A DNA stretch of 55,579 nucleotides, taken from the NCBI GenBank assembly GCA_041690295.1, contig JAWLHR010000021.1, positions 1 through 55,579 on the forward strand, given 5' to 3'. A program made the translations under genes and the position numbers. Positions 37,789-47,748 of this stretch are shown one piece after another. The notes beneath the pieces were generated by a model. It was given only the letters and a program-made list of their open reading frames with translations, did not search any database and was not told where the DNA came from. The DNA comes from Bdellovibrionales bacterium. GTDB taxonomy: Bacteria; Bdellovibrionota; Bdellovibrionia; Bdellovibrionales; UBA1609. Each line of letters opens with the position of its first letter. The stretch's first letter is position 1.

Positions 37789-39830
37789 AAGCGGAGTTCC
37801 ACGCCCGCGCCCAATTTGGTTTCCGTCAACATCAGGCCCGCCGACCAATGCCAATTGTCCGCGTACATAAGCGTGACTTCAAACTCGGTTTTATGCTCCT
37901 GGCGGAAACTGAGTTCCACATCCGAATGTACGCGCTTCGTCCACTGAAACTTCTTGTGCACATCCAACCGGGTCCGGCCTTCGTGATCCAGTAAAAACGT
38001 GGTCTCGATCAGCAGCGGAAGCGTGTAACCGAAACCCACCACTCCGTGTTGTTCTTTGTCGAAGCTTTGCCCGCCGAGCGCGAGATTGAAGTAATTGCTC
38101 ATCCAACGACGGTAAAGCAGATCGCCTTCCCATTCCCAAATGCCGACTTTGGTTTCACGGGTCTCAACCTCAGCTTCCAGAGTGTCCCAGGTTTTGGAAA
38201 GGCGAAGCTGGGCACGCGCGTGATTGGATGCGGCTTCAATCAGTCCGTTGTGGTAAATGTGATCATGCAAGTGGGGATCATGCTTTTGCAGTTTTTTGAT
38301 ATCTTCTCGCGGCGTGAAGGTGGAGTACTTGATGATTCGCGCCATGCCCGTCTTCATATGGTAAAGATTATGGCAATGAAGCATCCATTCACCGGGCTCA
38401 TCGGCTAAAAACTCGATTGTGCGAGTGGAGTGCGGTGAAACATCCACCGTGTGTTTCAGCGGCGACCGGGCCCCGTTTTTGTTCAACACCCGAAAGAAAT
38501 GGCCATGCAAATGCATCGGATGATGCATCATCGTTTCATTGACTAAAGTGAACCGGATCACATCTCCTTCGTTAATTGTGATGGTCCGATCCTGGTGAAT
38601 GGCTTTGCCGTTGATATGCCACACATAGCGTTCCATATCACCACCAAGGACCAATTTGAGGTCATGTCGTTTGTGTGAGGGCGGAAATTCAGTGGAGGCG
38701 GTGGCTTTCATTTCATCAACGGTCAGTGTGGGCAAAATAGCCGATTGACCGTGGTCTCCATGGTGGCCCTGATGTCCATGGGAATCATGAGCTCCATGAT
38801 CTTCGTGGCCACTATGATCCATGGGCGCGTAAAGATCCGGCTCGGGCCGATCCGGTGCGCGCACCTTTGGGCCCGCTCCAATCCAACCCGAAGCGAATCC
38901 GGTTCCGTCTTGGACCGTCGCGCGCAGTTCGTAATTCTGATTTTCCGGGACCGTAAACAGAACATCGTAGGTTTCGCCCATTCCCATGAGAATCTCGCCG
39001 ACCCGGCGAGGCGCCATATCGACGCCGTCCGAGGAGATCACTTCCATCGGACCATCACCGAGTGACACATAGAAATAGGACGAGGCCGCCGAATTGATGA
39101 GCCGGATTCTTATTTTTTCACCCGCTTTGGCCTCAACGAGCTGTGAATCGCGACGCCCGTTAATCAAAAAGGCGTCATATCCCACATCGGATAAATCCAT
39201 GCCGCCCATTCTGGTCCATTCATTCCAAAGAAAAGTTCCCAGGCCGCCGGAACGCAAAGCCCCCCACCATGAGCGTATGGTCCCCTTTTTGTACATGTAG
39301 TAGTCGCCGTCTTTTTTAAGATTGCGAAGAATCTGATCGGCGTTCTCATCGGACCAATCGCCAAGCACGGCCACCACCTCTTTGTCCGCTCGTATCATCG
39401 GCTTTCGTGGATGAATGACGATCGCGCCGTAAAGGCCTTTTTGCTCCTGAACTGATGTGTGGGAGTGATACCAATAGGTTCCGTGTTGGCGGATTTTAAA
39501 TTTAAAAGTGAAAGATTCGCCGGGGCGAATGGGCGGCGTGGTGACATAGGGCACACCGTCCATGAGTGGCGGCAGTAAAATGCCATGCCAATGGATGGAC
39601 ATGCTTTCATTGGGAATCTGATTGTTGACCACGATTTCCGCGTCATCCCCTTCGGTGAAGGTGAGTGTCGGTGCGGGAATCTGGCCATTCAACATCAACG
39701 CGAAATCAACTTCTTTCTTTCCACTTAAGTTCACCTTTCCACGCGTGGCCGTAAGTTCGTAACGTACAGTTTTGCCGAAGGCTTGAGGCACCACAGCGAA
39801 GGCCAACAGGGCCATGACGAACGATCGCAT
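37785..39830 (-). CDS. CopA-type multicopper oxidase fused to a CopB-like C-terminal beta-barrel
   Basis: HWHG, WYHSH, HPMHLHGH and HCHNLYH..GM; His-rich linker; C-terminal strands ending GAGVELRF. Confidence 0.9.
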   Translation of the reverse strand: MRSFVMALLAFAVVPQAFGKTVRYELTATRGKVNLSGKKEVDFALMLNGQIPAPTLTFTEGDDAEIVVNNQIPNESMSIHWHGILLPPLMDGVPYVTTPPIRPGESFTFKFKIRQHGTYWYHSHTSVQEQKGLYGAIVIHPRKPMIRADKEVVAVLGDWSDENADQILRNLKKDGDYYMYKKGTIRSWWGALRSGGLGTFLWNEWTRMGGMDLSDVGYDAFLINGRRDSQLVEAKAGEKIRIRLINSAASSYFYVSLGDGPMEVISSDGVDMAPRRVGEILMGMGETYDVLFTVPENQNYELRATVQDGTGFASGWIGAGPKVRAPDRPEPDLYAPMDHSGHEDHGAHDSHGHQGHHGDHGQSAILPTLTVDEMKATASTEFPPSHKRHDLKLVLGGDMERYVWHINGKAIHQDRTITINEGDVIRFTLVNETMMHHPMHLHGHFFRVLNKNGARSPLKHTVDVSPHSTRTIEFLADEPGEWMLHCHNLYHMKTGMARIIKYSTFTPREDIKKLQKHDPHLHDHIYHNGLIEAASNHARAQLRLSKTWDTLEAEVETRETKVGIWEWEGDLLYRRWMSNYFNLALGGQSFDKEQHGVVGFGYTLPLLIETTFLLDHEGRTRLDVHKKFQWTKRVHSDVELSFRQEHKTEFEVTLMYADNWHWSAGLMLTETKLGAGVELRF

Positions 39831-39839
39831 TTCATTCTC

Positions 39840-42116
39840 CTATCTTAAACGTAACGCATTGATGATGACGCTGACCGAACTGAGACTCATGGCGAAGCTC
39901 GCGAACATCGGACTCAGTAGAACACCAAAGAACGGATACAAGAGTCCCGCCGCGACCGGCACACCGACAGCATTATAGAAGAAAGCGAAGAAAAGATTTT
40001 GCCGGATGTTTTTCATCGTGGCGAGGCTCAGTTCATGGGCGCTGACCATGGCTCTGAGATCGCCGCGAAGAAGTGTGATTCCGGCGCTTTCAATGGCCAC
40101 GTCCGTGCCCGTGCCCATGGCCACGCCCACATGGGCCGCCGCCAGAGCCGGAGCATCGTTGACGCCGTCACCGACCATGGCCACGATATGCCCCTCCGAA
40201 ACCATGCGTTTTACGAAAAGACTTTTCTGCTCGGGCAAAACTTCGGCCTTCACCTCATCAATGCCCAAACGCTCCGCCACCGCCTTGGCAGTCCGGCGAC
40301 TGTCACCGGTGAGCATGAGCACGCGAATATGGCGCTTTTTAAAGTATTGAATCGCGTCTCGCGATGACTCCTTGATCGGATCCTCGACGGCGATCACACC
40401 GGCGGGTTTTTCGTCGATGGCAATAAATAAAATGCCCGCGCCCCTTTCAACAAATTCCTCGGCCGCTTCCGTGAGAACCGACGCCGGGGCGCCCGCGGTT
40501 TCGTTGATCAAAGAGAAATTTCCCACCACAACCGAGCGATTTTTGACCTTTCCTTTAATTCCACGTCCGGTGAAGCTGATGAAATCCGAAACCTCTCCTA
40601 GCTTTAAATTCCGTTTTTCCGCCTCGGACAACACCGCATTGGCCAAGGGATGTTCGCTCGCCTTTTCGACCGCGGCGGCGAGTTCGAGCAATTCATTTTC
40701 GCTGAACCCTTCGAGCGGTCGAATGGCCACCACCCGCGGACGGCCTTCGGTCAATGTTCCTGTTTTATCCACCACCAGCACATTGATCTTTTCAAGATTC
40801 TCAAGAGCGGCCGCGTGACGGACGAGGATTCCCGATCGCGCCCCACGACCGACGCCCACCATAATGGACATCGGAGTGGCCAATCCCAATGCGCAAGGAC
40901 AGGCGATGATCAAAACGGAAACCGCGCTCATGATGGCATAGACATAAGTGGGATGCGGTCCGTAGAGCGCCCAAAATACCGCTGCGATCACGGCCACGGC
41001 GATCACCGTCGGCACGAAGTAAGACGACACTTTATCAGCGAGAGATTGAATGGGCGCGCGGCTGCGCTGCGCTTTCGCGACAAGAGAGACGATCTGACTC
41101 AAAAGCGTTTCTTTGCCAACTTTTTCGGCGCGCATAATAAGCGTGCCCTGGCCATTCACGGTCGCGCCGGTGACCAGATCGTCCGGCTTTTTTTCCACCG
41201 GGATCGGCTCTCCGGTGATCATGCTCTCATCGACCGAGCTCAAGCCTTCGACAACCACGCCGTCGACGGGAATTTTTTCGCCAGGCCGGATCCTTAGCAA
41301 ATCGCCTTTGTGAACGGAATCGATCGCCACGTCCACTTCCCGCCCGTCCGCTTCCACCCGCCGGGCGGTTTTCGGCGCGAGTCCCAAAAGCGCCTTGATG
41401 GCGTCGCTCGTCCGCTCACGGGCCTTGAGCTCAAGAATTTGTCCGAGCAAAACCAAAGTGACGATGACGGCCGCCGCTTCAAAATAAAGCGGAACCTTTC
41501 CCGCATGATCGTAAAACTCGCGGGGCAAGGTTTCGGGAAACATCACGGCGAACAAGCTATAGGCGTAGGCCACGCCCGTGCCGATCGCGATCAGCGTGAA
41601 CATGTTTAAATTTCCCGTTCGAATCGAAGCCGCGCCCCGCTCGAAGAACGGCCAACCCGCCCAAAGCACCACCGGCGTGGCCAGGACCAACTGCACCCAT
41701 CCCGGAAGTGAGAACTGAACCCCGGGAATCATCTCCGCCATGGTCACCAGCACCAGAGGTAAGGTGAACACGGCGCTGACTTTGAATCGCCGGGTGAAAT
41801 CCACCAGCTCCGGATTTTCAGTTTCTTCCAGAGAAATTTCTTCCGGCTCGAGCGCCATACCACAAACCGGACAGGACCCCGGGCCCACTTGCCGGATTTC
41901 CGGGTGCATGGGGCAGGTGTACATGCGTTGGTCGTTGGGATCGACCGGCTCCGGGGTGGGATTCAAATACTTTTCCGGATCCGCTTTGAACTTTTCCAAA
42001 CATTTTGGATTACAAAAATAATAGGATTGGTGATCGTGGTCATATTTCCACTTGGCGGACTGAGGGTCCACGTTCATGCCGCATACGGGGTCTTTTACGG
42101 GTTCCATCCGGATCAC
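39840..42116 (-). CDS. copA: Cu(I)-translocating P1B-type ATPase with N-terminal YHS and CPMH metal-binding domains
   Basis: [35 protein letters not shown] and MSLSS. Confidence 0.95.
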   Translation of the reverse strand: MIRMEPVKDPVCGMNVDPQSAKWKYDHDHQSYYFCNPKCLEKFKADPEKYLNPTPEPVDPNDQRMYTCPMHPEIRQVGPGSCPVCGMALEPEEISLEETENPELVDFTRRFKVSAVFTLPLVLVTMAEMIPGVQFSLPGWVQLVLATPVVLWAGWPFFERGAASIRTGNLNMFTLIAIGTGVAYAYSLFAVMFPETLPREFYDHAGKVPLYFEAAAVIVTLVLLGQILELKARERTSDAIKALLGLAPKTARRVEADGREVDVAIDSVHKGDLLRIRPGEKIPVDGVVVEGLSSVDESMITGEPIPVEKKPDDLVTGATVNGQGTLIMRAEKVGKETLLSQIVSLVAKAQRSRAPIQSLADKVSSYFVPTVIAVAVIAAVFWALYGPHPTYVYAIMSAVSVLIIACPCALGLATPMSIMVGVGRGARSGILVRHAAALENLEKINVLVVDKTGTLTEGRPRVVAIRPLEGFSENELLELAAAVEKASEHPLANAVLSEAEKRNLKLGEVSDFISFTGRGIKGKVKNRSVVVGNFSLINETAGAPASVLTEAAEEFVERGAGILFIAIDEKPAGVIAVEDPIKESSRDAIQYFKKRHIRVLMLTGDSRRTAKAVAERLGIDEVKAEVLPEQKSLFVKRMVSEGHIVAMVGDGVNDAPALAAAHVGVAMGTGTDVAIESAGITLLRGDLRAMVSAHELSLATMKNIRQNLFFAFFYNAVGVPVAAGLLYPFFGVLLSPMFASFAMSLSSVSVIINALRLR

Positions 42117-42400
42117 CTTTTTTGAAATAAGGCGAGCAGCTCATTGATTTTTTCTTCGCCCGCGCGGGGATCCCGGGCGACGATCGCCTCTTTGACACAA
42201 TGGCGGATGTGCCGTTCCAAGACCAAACTTTCGGCCGAACGCAAGGCCGCCATAATTGAACGAATTTGGTTCACAATATCGATGCAATACCGGCCGCTTT
42301 CGATCATGCGTTCGACGCCTTCGATCTGACCGCGTATACGGCGAAAACGGATTAAATCCTCGCTATGGTCAGCCGCCGGACTGGCTCGCTTTCGGCCCAT
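42113..42400 (-). CDS. csoR: CsoR/RcnR-family metal-sensing repressor
   Basis: [18 protein letters not shown] and HIRHCV (C-H-C ligands); first gene of the copper operon. Confidence 0.9.
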   Translation of the reverse strand: MGRKRASPAADHSEDLIRFRRIRGQIEGVERMIESGRYCIDIVNQIRSIMAALRSAESLVLERHIRHCVKEAIVARDPRAGEEKINELLALFQKR

Positions 42401-42432
42401 GGAAAACTCCTCCCGGGTTATTACGGAAAGGT

Positions 42433-42461
42433 ACGCTATACCCCTACCCCCTATCTGTCAA
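42433..42461 (-). promoter_or_regulatory. Sigma70 promoter containing a CsoR-type operator
   Basis: Minus strand TTGACA-17 bp-TAGCGT. The operator-like ATACCCCTACCCCCTAT (42438-42454; ATA/TAT arms around C tracts) fills the spacer. Confidence 0.8.
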
Positions 42462-42562
42462 ACCCAGGACCTTCGTGGGTGACCCACGATTTTGGGCCAC
42501 GCGCCATGCCTCCGTCATCGACACCTGATAATTTCATTAGCGGGCAAGCAGAGGAGGATCTC

Positions 42563-42946
42563 TTGGACCTGATCACGATTCGTTTCGTTAATTTCCAAAG
42601 AAGTGAAGCGTTGGAAGATTACACCTATAAACACGTGCGCAGCCTCTTGCGCCGGCTGCAACGGCGGCCGGGTGAGGCGAAGTCCATTGACGTGCAATTT
42701 AAACTCGATGCCCGAGCCCCGATGGGTTCATTAAAGAACAGCGAAGTTTTAGTCCATTATCGCTATCCGGGAATTCGCAAAGCTCTTTATATTAAGAAGA
42801 ACGGAACGGACTTGCGTTCCGTTTTGCTCGATGCGATCGAAGCCCTCGAAGCCGTGGTGCAACGATCCACTGAAAAAGCGGAATCAGGCCGGCGCAATAT
42901 GGGTAAGACCAAACGAAAAGTCCGCGAATTGAAGGCCGCTCACTAA
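42563..42946 (+). CDS. HPF/RaiA-like (ribosome-associated) protein
   Basis: ITIRFVNFQRSEALEDY ... DLRSVLLDAIEALEAVVQR resembles the S30AE fold; TTG start after GAGGAGGA. Confidence 0.6.
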   Translation: MDLITIRFVNFQRSEALEDYTYKHVRSLLRRLQRRPGEAKSIDVQFKLDARAPMGSLKNSEVLVHYRYPGIRKALYIKKNGTDLRSVLLDAIEALEAVVQRSTEKAESGRRNMGKTKRKVRELKAAH

Positions 42947-42955
42947 GGCCCGCTG

Positions 42956-44356
42956 ATGAAACTTCGGTTCGCCGGCGCCGCGAAAACCGTCACGGGCAGT
43001 CAAACGGTCGTGACTCATGGTCATCGTTCCCTACTTGTTGACTGCGGGCTTTATCAAGGGCCCAAACCAATTCGGCTGCTCAATTGGGAACAACCGTCGT
43101 ATTTTGGCGAAATCGACGCCATGATTCTCACCCACGCCCATATCGACCATTCGGGTCTGGTTCCGAGGTGGACATCTTGGGGATGGAGCGGACCGGTTTA
43201 TTGCACGGAAGCCACGGCCGACTTGCTCTCGATCATGCTTCTCGATTCCGCGCGACTGCAGGAAGAAGACGCCCGGTTCGCGGCGAAAACCAAGCACTCG
43301 CGCCACAACCCGCCGCTGCCGCTTTACACGGAAAGCGATGCGCAAGCCGCATTAAACCTCATTCACCGCTGCCCCTATGATCAATGGATGACCTTAAGCC
43401 CGGAAATGAGTTTTCGCTTTCTCCGGGCCAGTCATATTTTGGGAAGCGCGGCCGTGCAGATCGCTTACGCCGACGGTAATCAATCCCGCATTCTCACGTT
43501 CAGCGGCGATTTGGGCGGTGGGCGATCGGATCTTCTCAAGGAACCCTCACAGGTCCTTGAGTCGGACGATTTGGTGCTCGAATCCACCTACGGCAACCGG
43601 GAGATTCCGCATGAAGGCCGTGAGGAGCGGCTGGCCGAGGTCATCAACAAAGTGATTGGTCGAGGCGGCACTTTGGTCGTTCCCGCCTTCGCGTTGGGGC
43701 GCACCCAGGACCTCTTGTTTTCCATTCACCGTCTCAACAAAGGGAAAAAGATCCCCGATGTGCCGGTTTATCTGGATAGCCCCATGGCCAACGCGGTCAC
43801 CAAAGTTTACCTGAAAAATCTCGAAGAACTGCGTCTCGATTCCCTCAACAATCACATTGAGGAATCTCTCTCGACCAAATTTTTCCATGGCATCGAGGAT
43901 GCGGATGATTCCATGATGCTATGTTTGGCTCCGGAACCCAAAATCGTGATTTCCGCGTCGGGGATGTTGCAAGGGGGCCGGGTCCTTCATCATTTAAAAG
44001 CGCGGTTGCCTGATTCGAAAAACGGTGTCTTGTTCGTGGGCTTTCAAGGCAAAGAAACCAAGGGCCGCCTTTTGCAAGAAGGCATCCAATCATTGCGAAT
44101 CCACCATCAGGAAATTCCGGTGGAAGCGGAGGTTTTCACGCTCGAAGGATACTCCGCCCACGCCGACGTCAATGATCTGATCTCATGGGTGAAAGGCTTT
44201 ACCCGCAAACCGAACCGGATTTTCCTGAATCACGGCGAAGAAGAAGTGCAGAAGGAATTCGCCGAGCGCTTGCGACGACAATTCGGTGTCGAGGTGATCA
44301 TACCGGATCTCAATGAGGAAATCAGCCTCAGTCAACGGGATGCTTCATACGCGTAG
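42956..44356 (+). CDS. Metallo-beta-lactamase beta-CASP family ribonuclease
   Basis: VTGS, DCG, THAHIDHSG, HILGS, SGD, ESTYG, PAFALGRTQ, SGM..GGR, SAHAD and HGE. Confidence 0.92.
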   Translation: MKLRFAGAAKTVTGSQTVVTHGHRSLLVDCGLYQGPKPIRLLNWEQPSYFGEIDAMILTHAHIDHSGLVPRWTSWGWSGPVYCTEATADLLSIMLLDSARLQEEDARFAAKTKHSRHNPPLPLYTESDAQAALNLIHRCPYDQWMTLSPEMSFRFLRASHILGSAAVQIAYADGNQSRILTFSGDLGGGRSDLLKEPSQVLESDDLVLESTYGNREIPHEGREERLAEVINKVIGRGGTLVVPAFALGRTQDLLFSIHRLNKGKKIPDVPVYLDSPMANAVTKVYLKNLEELRLDSLNNHIEESLSTKFFHGIEDADDSMMLCLAPEPKIVISASGMLQGGRVLHHLKARLPDSKNGVLFVGFQGKETKGRLLQEGIQSLRIHHQEIPVEAEVFTLEGYSAHADVNDLISWVKGFTRKPNRIFLNHGEEEVQKEFAERLRRQFGVEVIIPDLNEEISLSQRDASYA

Positions 44357-45240
44357 TAAACCGCGAGGTTGAAAATGTCCTCGGGACTCAATTCGCGGGT
44401 CATTTCATGCATGATGGGACTGAGTCTCTCCCGGTTTCGAAAATAAAGCAGTTGGGTCATAAGGTATTGCTTGCTTTGTCCGGTCAGCATAGGAACCAGC
44501 GGATTGGCCGGCCGCCCGCCGTAAAACGGATTCATATGACAGGAGTTGCAGGCTTGGCGGGCCAGCCGCGCGCCGATTTCATATGACTCACGAATTTCCA
44601 TCGGGACTTCCTTGGGTTTATAGGGAGAACGCGAGGCAAAGTATCGCGCCAGTTCTTTGAGTTTGGCCTCACTTAAGCCCACCACCGCTTCGTTCATACG
44701 CTGAGTGGGGTCGATCCGCTCACGCCACTTGAAGCGGCGAAGTTGCAAAACCAGATACTCTTCATTTTGCCCCGCCAGTCGTGGAATCTTGGGATCGGCC
44801 GCCGACCCCGGTCCGCCTTGACCGTGGCATTGAAAACAAGATTGTAAAACGGGATCCACCGGAGGACCTTCCGGCGTTCGTTTCGCGGTTCGCGACGCAA
44901 ACTCCGGTCCGCCCAAGCGCGCCCACTGTTGAATGAGATTGCGCTCGCGTTCATCGATGGCGGCCGCCTCCGCGCTCATGGGCGGCGGCATGGATTTTTC
45001 CACATTCACTCTTTGCACCAACCGTCCGTTATCCACGTAAGCCTTGGCTTGAGCGTAATCCAAAAAGTCCGGACCGGAGCGTGACGGATGGCATCCGGCG
45101 CAGCGTTTGCCGAAAACCGCTTTCACCGTTTCAAAACTGATTCCGCCACCCGCCTCGCGCACGACGTCCACTTCTTTGTGTGGCCCCGATTTGGGTGCGC
45201 AGGAAATCAGTATTATTAAAATCCAAAACGCTTTCTTCAT
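44332..45240 (-). CDS. Triheme c-type cytochrome lipoprotein (monoheme domain plus c4-like diheme)
   Basis: Lipobox LISC; CAGCH, CFQCH and CNSCH; c4-like PRLAGQ and PMLTGQ with distal Met residues. Confidence 0.88.
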   Translation of the reverse strand: MKKAFWILIILISCAPKSGPHKEVDVVREAGGGISFETVKAVFGKRCAGCHPSRSGPDFLDYAQAKAYVDNGRLVQRVNVEKSMPPPMSAEAAAIDERERNLIQQWARLGGPEFASRTAKRTPEGPPVDPVLQSCFQCHGQGGPGSAADPKIPRLAGQNEEYLVLQLRRFKWRERIDPTQRMNEAVVGLSEAKLKELARYFASRSPYKPKEVPMEIRESYEIGARLARQACNSCHMNPFYGGRPANPLVPMLTGQSKQYLMTQLLYFRNRERLSPIMHEMTRELSPEDIFNLAVYYAYEASR

Positions 45241-46055
45241 CGCGACCGTTCCACATGATTGGCCACCGGCCGAAGTGAGCGCAAATAATCCACCACGGCC
45301 CGGCGGTCGGACTCCGTTAAAATCGCCAGCCCCTGCACCACGAAGGCCATTTCACCTCCAACCGTGCTCCGATCCGGCCGGATGCCCGAAGAAATAAAAA
45401 TCTCCCAATCCTTATCCGTCCAAGTTCCAAGCCCCGTCCAACGATCCGGAGTGATATTGGGTATCGCCAGCCCTTCGAGGGGATCGTTGGTGCCGGCCAT
45501 CCACATGGAGTCGATCAACCCGCCCAGCAAGTTCCGAGGTGTGTGGCATTCCGCGCAGTGGGCGAGCGCTTCAACCAGATAAGCACCACGCCCGAGAGCT
45601 TGCCGTTCACTGCTAAAGAACAACTGCCGCCAGAAAAACAAAAGTCGGCGCTGATTGTAGGGAAAAGCCAGCTCATGGGGGCGCCGCTCGTTCCTGACCG
45701 GCGGAACGGTTTTAAGATGGTTATAAAGTTCGCGGATATCCTCGTCGGTCATTTGTGAGTAAGCGCGATAGGGAAACGCCGGATAATAATATTCCCCCGA
45801 AGGGGAAATTCCGAAGCGAACGGCATTATAAAACTGTGTCTCGGTCCACTTGCCGATCCCCGTTTCGGGATCGGGTGTGATATTCGGAACATAAAACGCC
45901 CCAAACGGCGTGTTCAAACGCCGCCCACCCGCCAGATACTGACCAAATTCAGCCGTATGGCAATGAACGCAACCGGCGACCTGCATGATGTATTCGCCTC
46001 GGGTGATGGTTCCCGCCTGCGCGGTTATGAAAAGCGACAGAAGCCAAATCATCAT
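45237..46055 (-). CDS. Diheme c-type cytochrome, related to membrane dehydrogenase cytochrome subunits
   Basis: Signal ending AQA; RGEY..GCVHCHT, PNITPD..TGIG.W, YPAFPY and RGAYLVEALAHCAECHTPR; ATGA overlap at 46052-46055. Confidence 0.9.
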   Translation of the reverse strand: MMIWLLSLFITAQAGTITRGEYIMQVAGCVHCHTAEFGQYLAGGRRLNTPFGAFYVPNITPDPETGIGKWTETQFYNAVRFGISPSGEYYYPAFPYRAYSQMTDEDIRELYNHLKTVPPVRNERRPHELAFPYNQRRLLFFWRQLFFSSERQALGRGAYLVEALAHCAECHTPRNLLGGLIDSMWMAGTNDPLEGLAIPNITPDRWTGLGTWTDKDWEIFISSGIRPDRSTVGGEMAFVVQGLAILTESDRRAVVDYLRSLRPVANHVERSR

Positions 46056-46336
46056 GGACAGGCCTTCATCTTCGAATAGTAGGTGGTGAGTTCTTCGATG
46101 TCTTTGTCCGTCAGCTGCTTCGAGATCGGCGTCATCAGTGGATCTTCGCGCTTTTTGCTGTCGCGAAAGGCCTTGATCTGCTTGATCATGTAGGCCTTTT
46201 TTTGGCCGGCGATGTTGGGCCATAAATCGTTGGGACTGATGCCCTTTTCCCCATGGCAAGCCACACAGAGTTTGGCCTTGGCCGGCTCCGCCGCGTTCAG
46301 GCTTAATGCGTGAATCAAAATTAAAATCAAAAACAT
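46052..46336 (-). CDS. Monoheme cytochrome c553/c554
   Basis: Signal peptide, CVACHG, PNIAGQ and distal Met in LMTPI; AAGGAG RBS. Confidence 0.92.
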   Translation of the reverse strand: MFLILILIHALSLNAAEPAKAKLCVACHGEKGISPNDLWPNIAGQKKAYMIKQIKAFRDSKKREDPLMTPISKQLTDKDIEELTTYYSKMKACP

Positions 46337-46349
46337 GCTACGACTCCTT

Positions 46350-47456
46350 TCAAAGTTCGAATTGTAAAAGCGCCCATCCGGCGGATTGGCGGCCCGTGCC
46401 GATGCCCTCATCCTCGCTGGGATGAGTGGCCCGCGCCCACTCCCCGCGTGCATGGATCAATACGCCCGGTCCGATCGCCCACCGGAAACCCAATCCATGG
46501 CGTTCATAATTGTCCGCTTTGTAATCCCGGTCGGGAATAAGTAAATCGAATTTATAGATTAAAGCGAAACGATGATTGTACGCCCACTCCAGCCAAGCCA
46601 GCCAGCCTTGCGAGTGCGACTTCATAATCGATTCGCCATAGCCGGCATTGCCGACAAATCCTCTGGCCAGGGCGCGATTGCGGGCCTTCGCCTGCGCGTG
46701 TTCGAGGAGCAGAGTGAACGCCCTGTAGGTGGCCCCGGCATAGGTGCTCCAGGCCCCTTTGCGCCCGCTCGCGCCAAGCATAAATGGCGATTTCAGCCAG
46801 CGAACATTACCCAAAAGTTCCCATTGGGGGGCCTGTCCCGTATTCAACGATTGCCCGGCGAATTCGGAACCGTTGAACACGCCTAAATCCAGGTGAACGG
46901 ATTCATAAGGATTTCCCGAAAGTAAGGCTCCGGTTTCCAGCGTGTACCATTCCGTATTGGTCTGTATCCTCGTGTAGGTGCGATGCTCGTCGGTGACGAT
47001 GCCAAAAGGCACACGGAACCGGCCGATCATAATGGTTTCCAACCAACCGGGCGTGCGCCTCAGACGAAACAATCCATAGGTGTCGCGATAAGGGACCGAA
47101 GCGAAGCCCAGAACGTTGTGCTCAAGCATCAAAAAAATGCGCCCGTCCTCGTCAAGATGGGTATGGCCAGCCACGGTGCCGTTCATTAACCCCATTCCAC
47201 TTTTCGACGTCTTGGATTCTTCCGGTTGATAATAAAGAACCCGCAAATCGGCGGAAAAATAGGATTGAGCCAGGCTGGGGTTGGCGCGGAAAGTGTGAGC
47301 CCCGTAAAGTTTACCGTTTAGATTTTTTGGTCCCCCGCCAACTTGGGAGAAATGGCACGCCGTACAAGACGAAATATTGTTTTGTAAGGAATATTGAACG
47401 TAGGCTCGACTGGATTCGCTGAATACGAAAATAAGACCTATGAGTCCGAAGTTCAT
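46350..47456 (-). CDS. Cytochrome c-porin fusion (Cyc2-like architecture)
   Basis: Signal ending SRA; CTACH about 13 residues into the mature protein, followed by GGG..N..G. The rest is porin-like (IGRFRVPFG, amphipathic aromatic-rich strands, ending ALLQFEL). Confidence 0.72.
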   Translation of the reverse strand: MNFGLIGLIFVFSESSRAYVQYSLQNNISSCTACHFSQVGGGPKNLNGKLYGAHTFRANPSLAQSYFSADLRVLYYQPEESKTSKSGMGLMNGTVAGHTHLDEDGRIFLMLEHNVLGFASVPYRDTYGLFRLRRTPGWLETIMIGRFRVPFGIVTDEHRTYTRIQTNTEWYTLETGALLSGNPYESVHLDLGVFNGSEFAGQSLNTGQAPQWELLGNVRWLKSPFMLGASGRKGAWSTYAGATYRAFTLLLEHAQAKARNRALARGFVGNAGYGESIMKSHSQGWLAWLEWAYNHRFALIYKFDLLIPDRDYKADNYERHGLGFRWAIGPGVLIHARGEWARATHPSEDEGIGTGRQSAGWALLQFEL

Positions 47457-47470
47457 TTAATCGTGGTCGG

Positions 47471-47486
47471 TGCGAACACCGCGCCA
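47471..47486 (-). promoter_or_regulatory. Sigma54 promoter candidate of the cytochrome operon
   Basis: Minus strand TGGCGCGGTGTTCGCA fits GG-N10-GC; an imperfect palindrome TGGGGCAATTGTCCCCCA lies upstream at 47525-47542. Confidence 0.5.
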
Positions 47487-47748
47487 ATGACGATGAATTC
47501 TTAGCGCAGCTAATCATGAAGGCGTGGGGCAATTGTCCCCCAACGTCGCGGATCTGACCTCTATCTATCCAATTTGTGAAACCCGTCAAAAACGTCTATA
47601 CTCCGTCAACATGTGTATTTTTGGAACTTCACGAAAGAAATTTGCACACGGAGATAAGGCCTTTATTTTGCTCCGTGGCGAAATCCTAAGGATTCGCCAC
47701 GCGTTTAAAATGATGGGCTGAGTCAGCTAATTTGAAAAAGGAGTTTTC

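Noticed and set aside
38745..38825. Quasi-repetitive His-codon stretch
   Set aside because: Ordinary His-rich linker of a multicopper oxidase, not a DNA repeat.
42494..42512. Sigma54-like site upstream of the HPF-like gene
   Set aside because: The conserved GG is not at the GG-N10-GC spacing.
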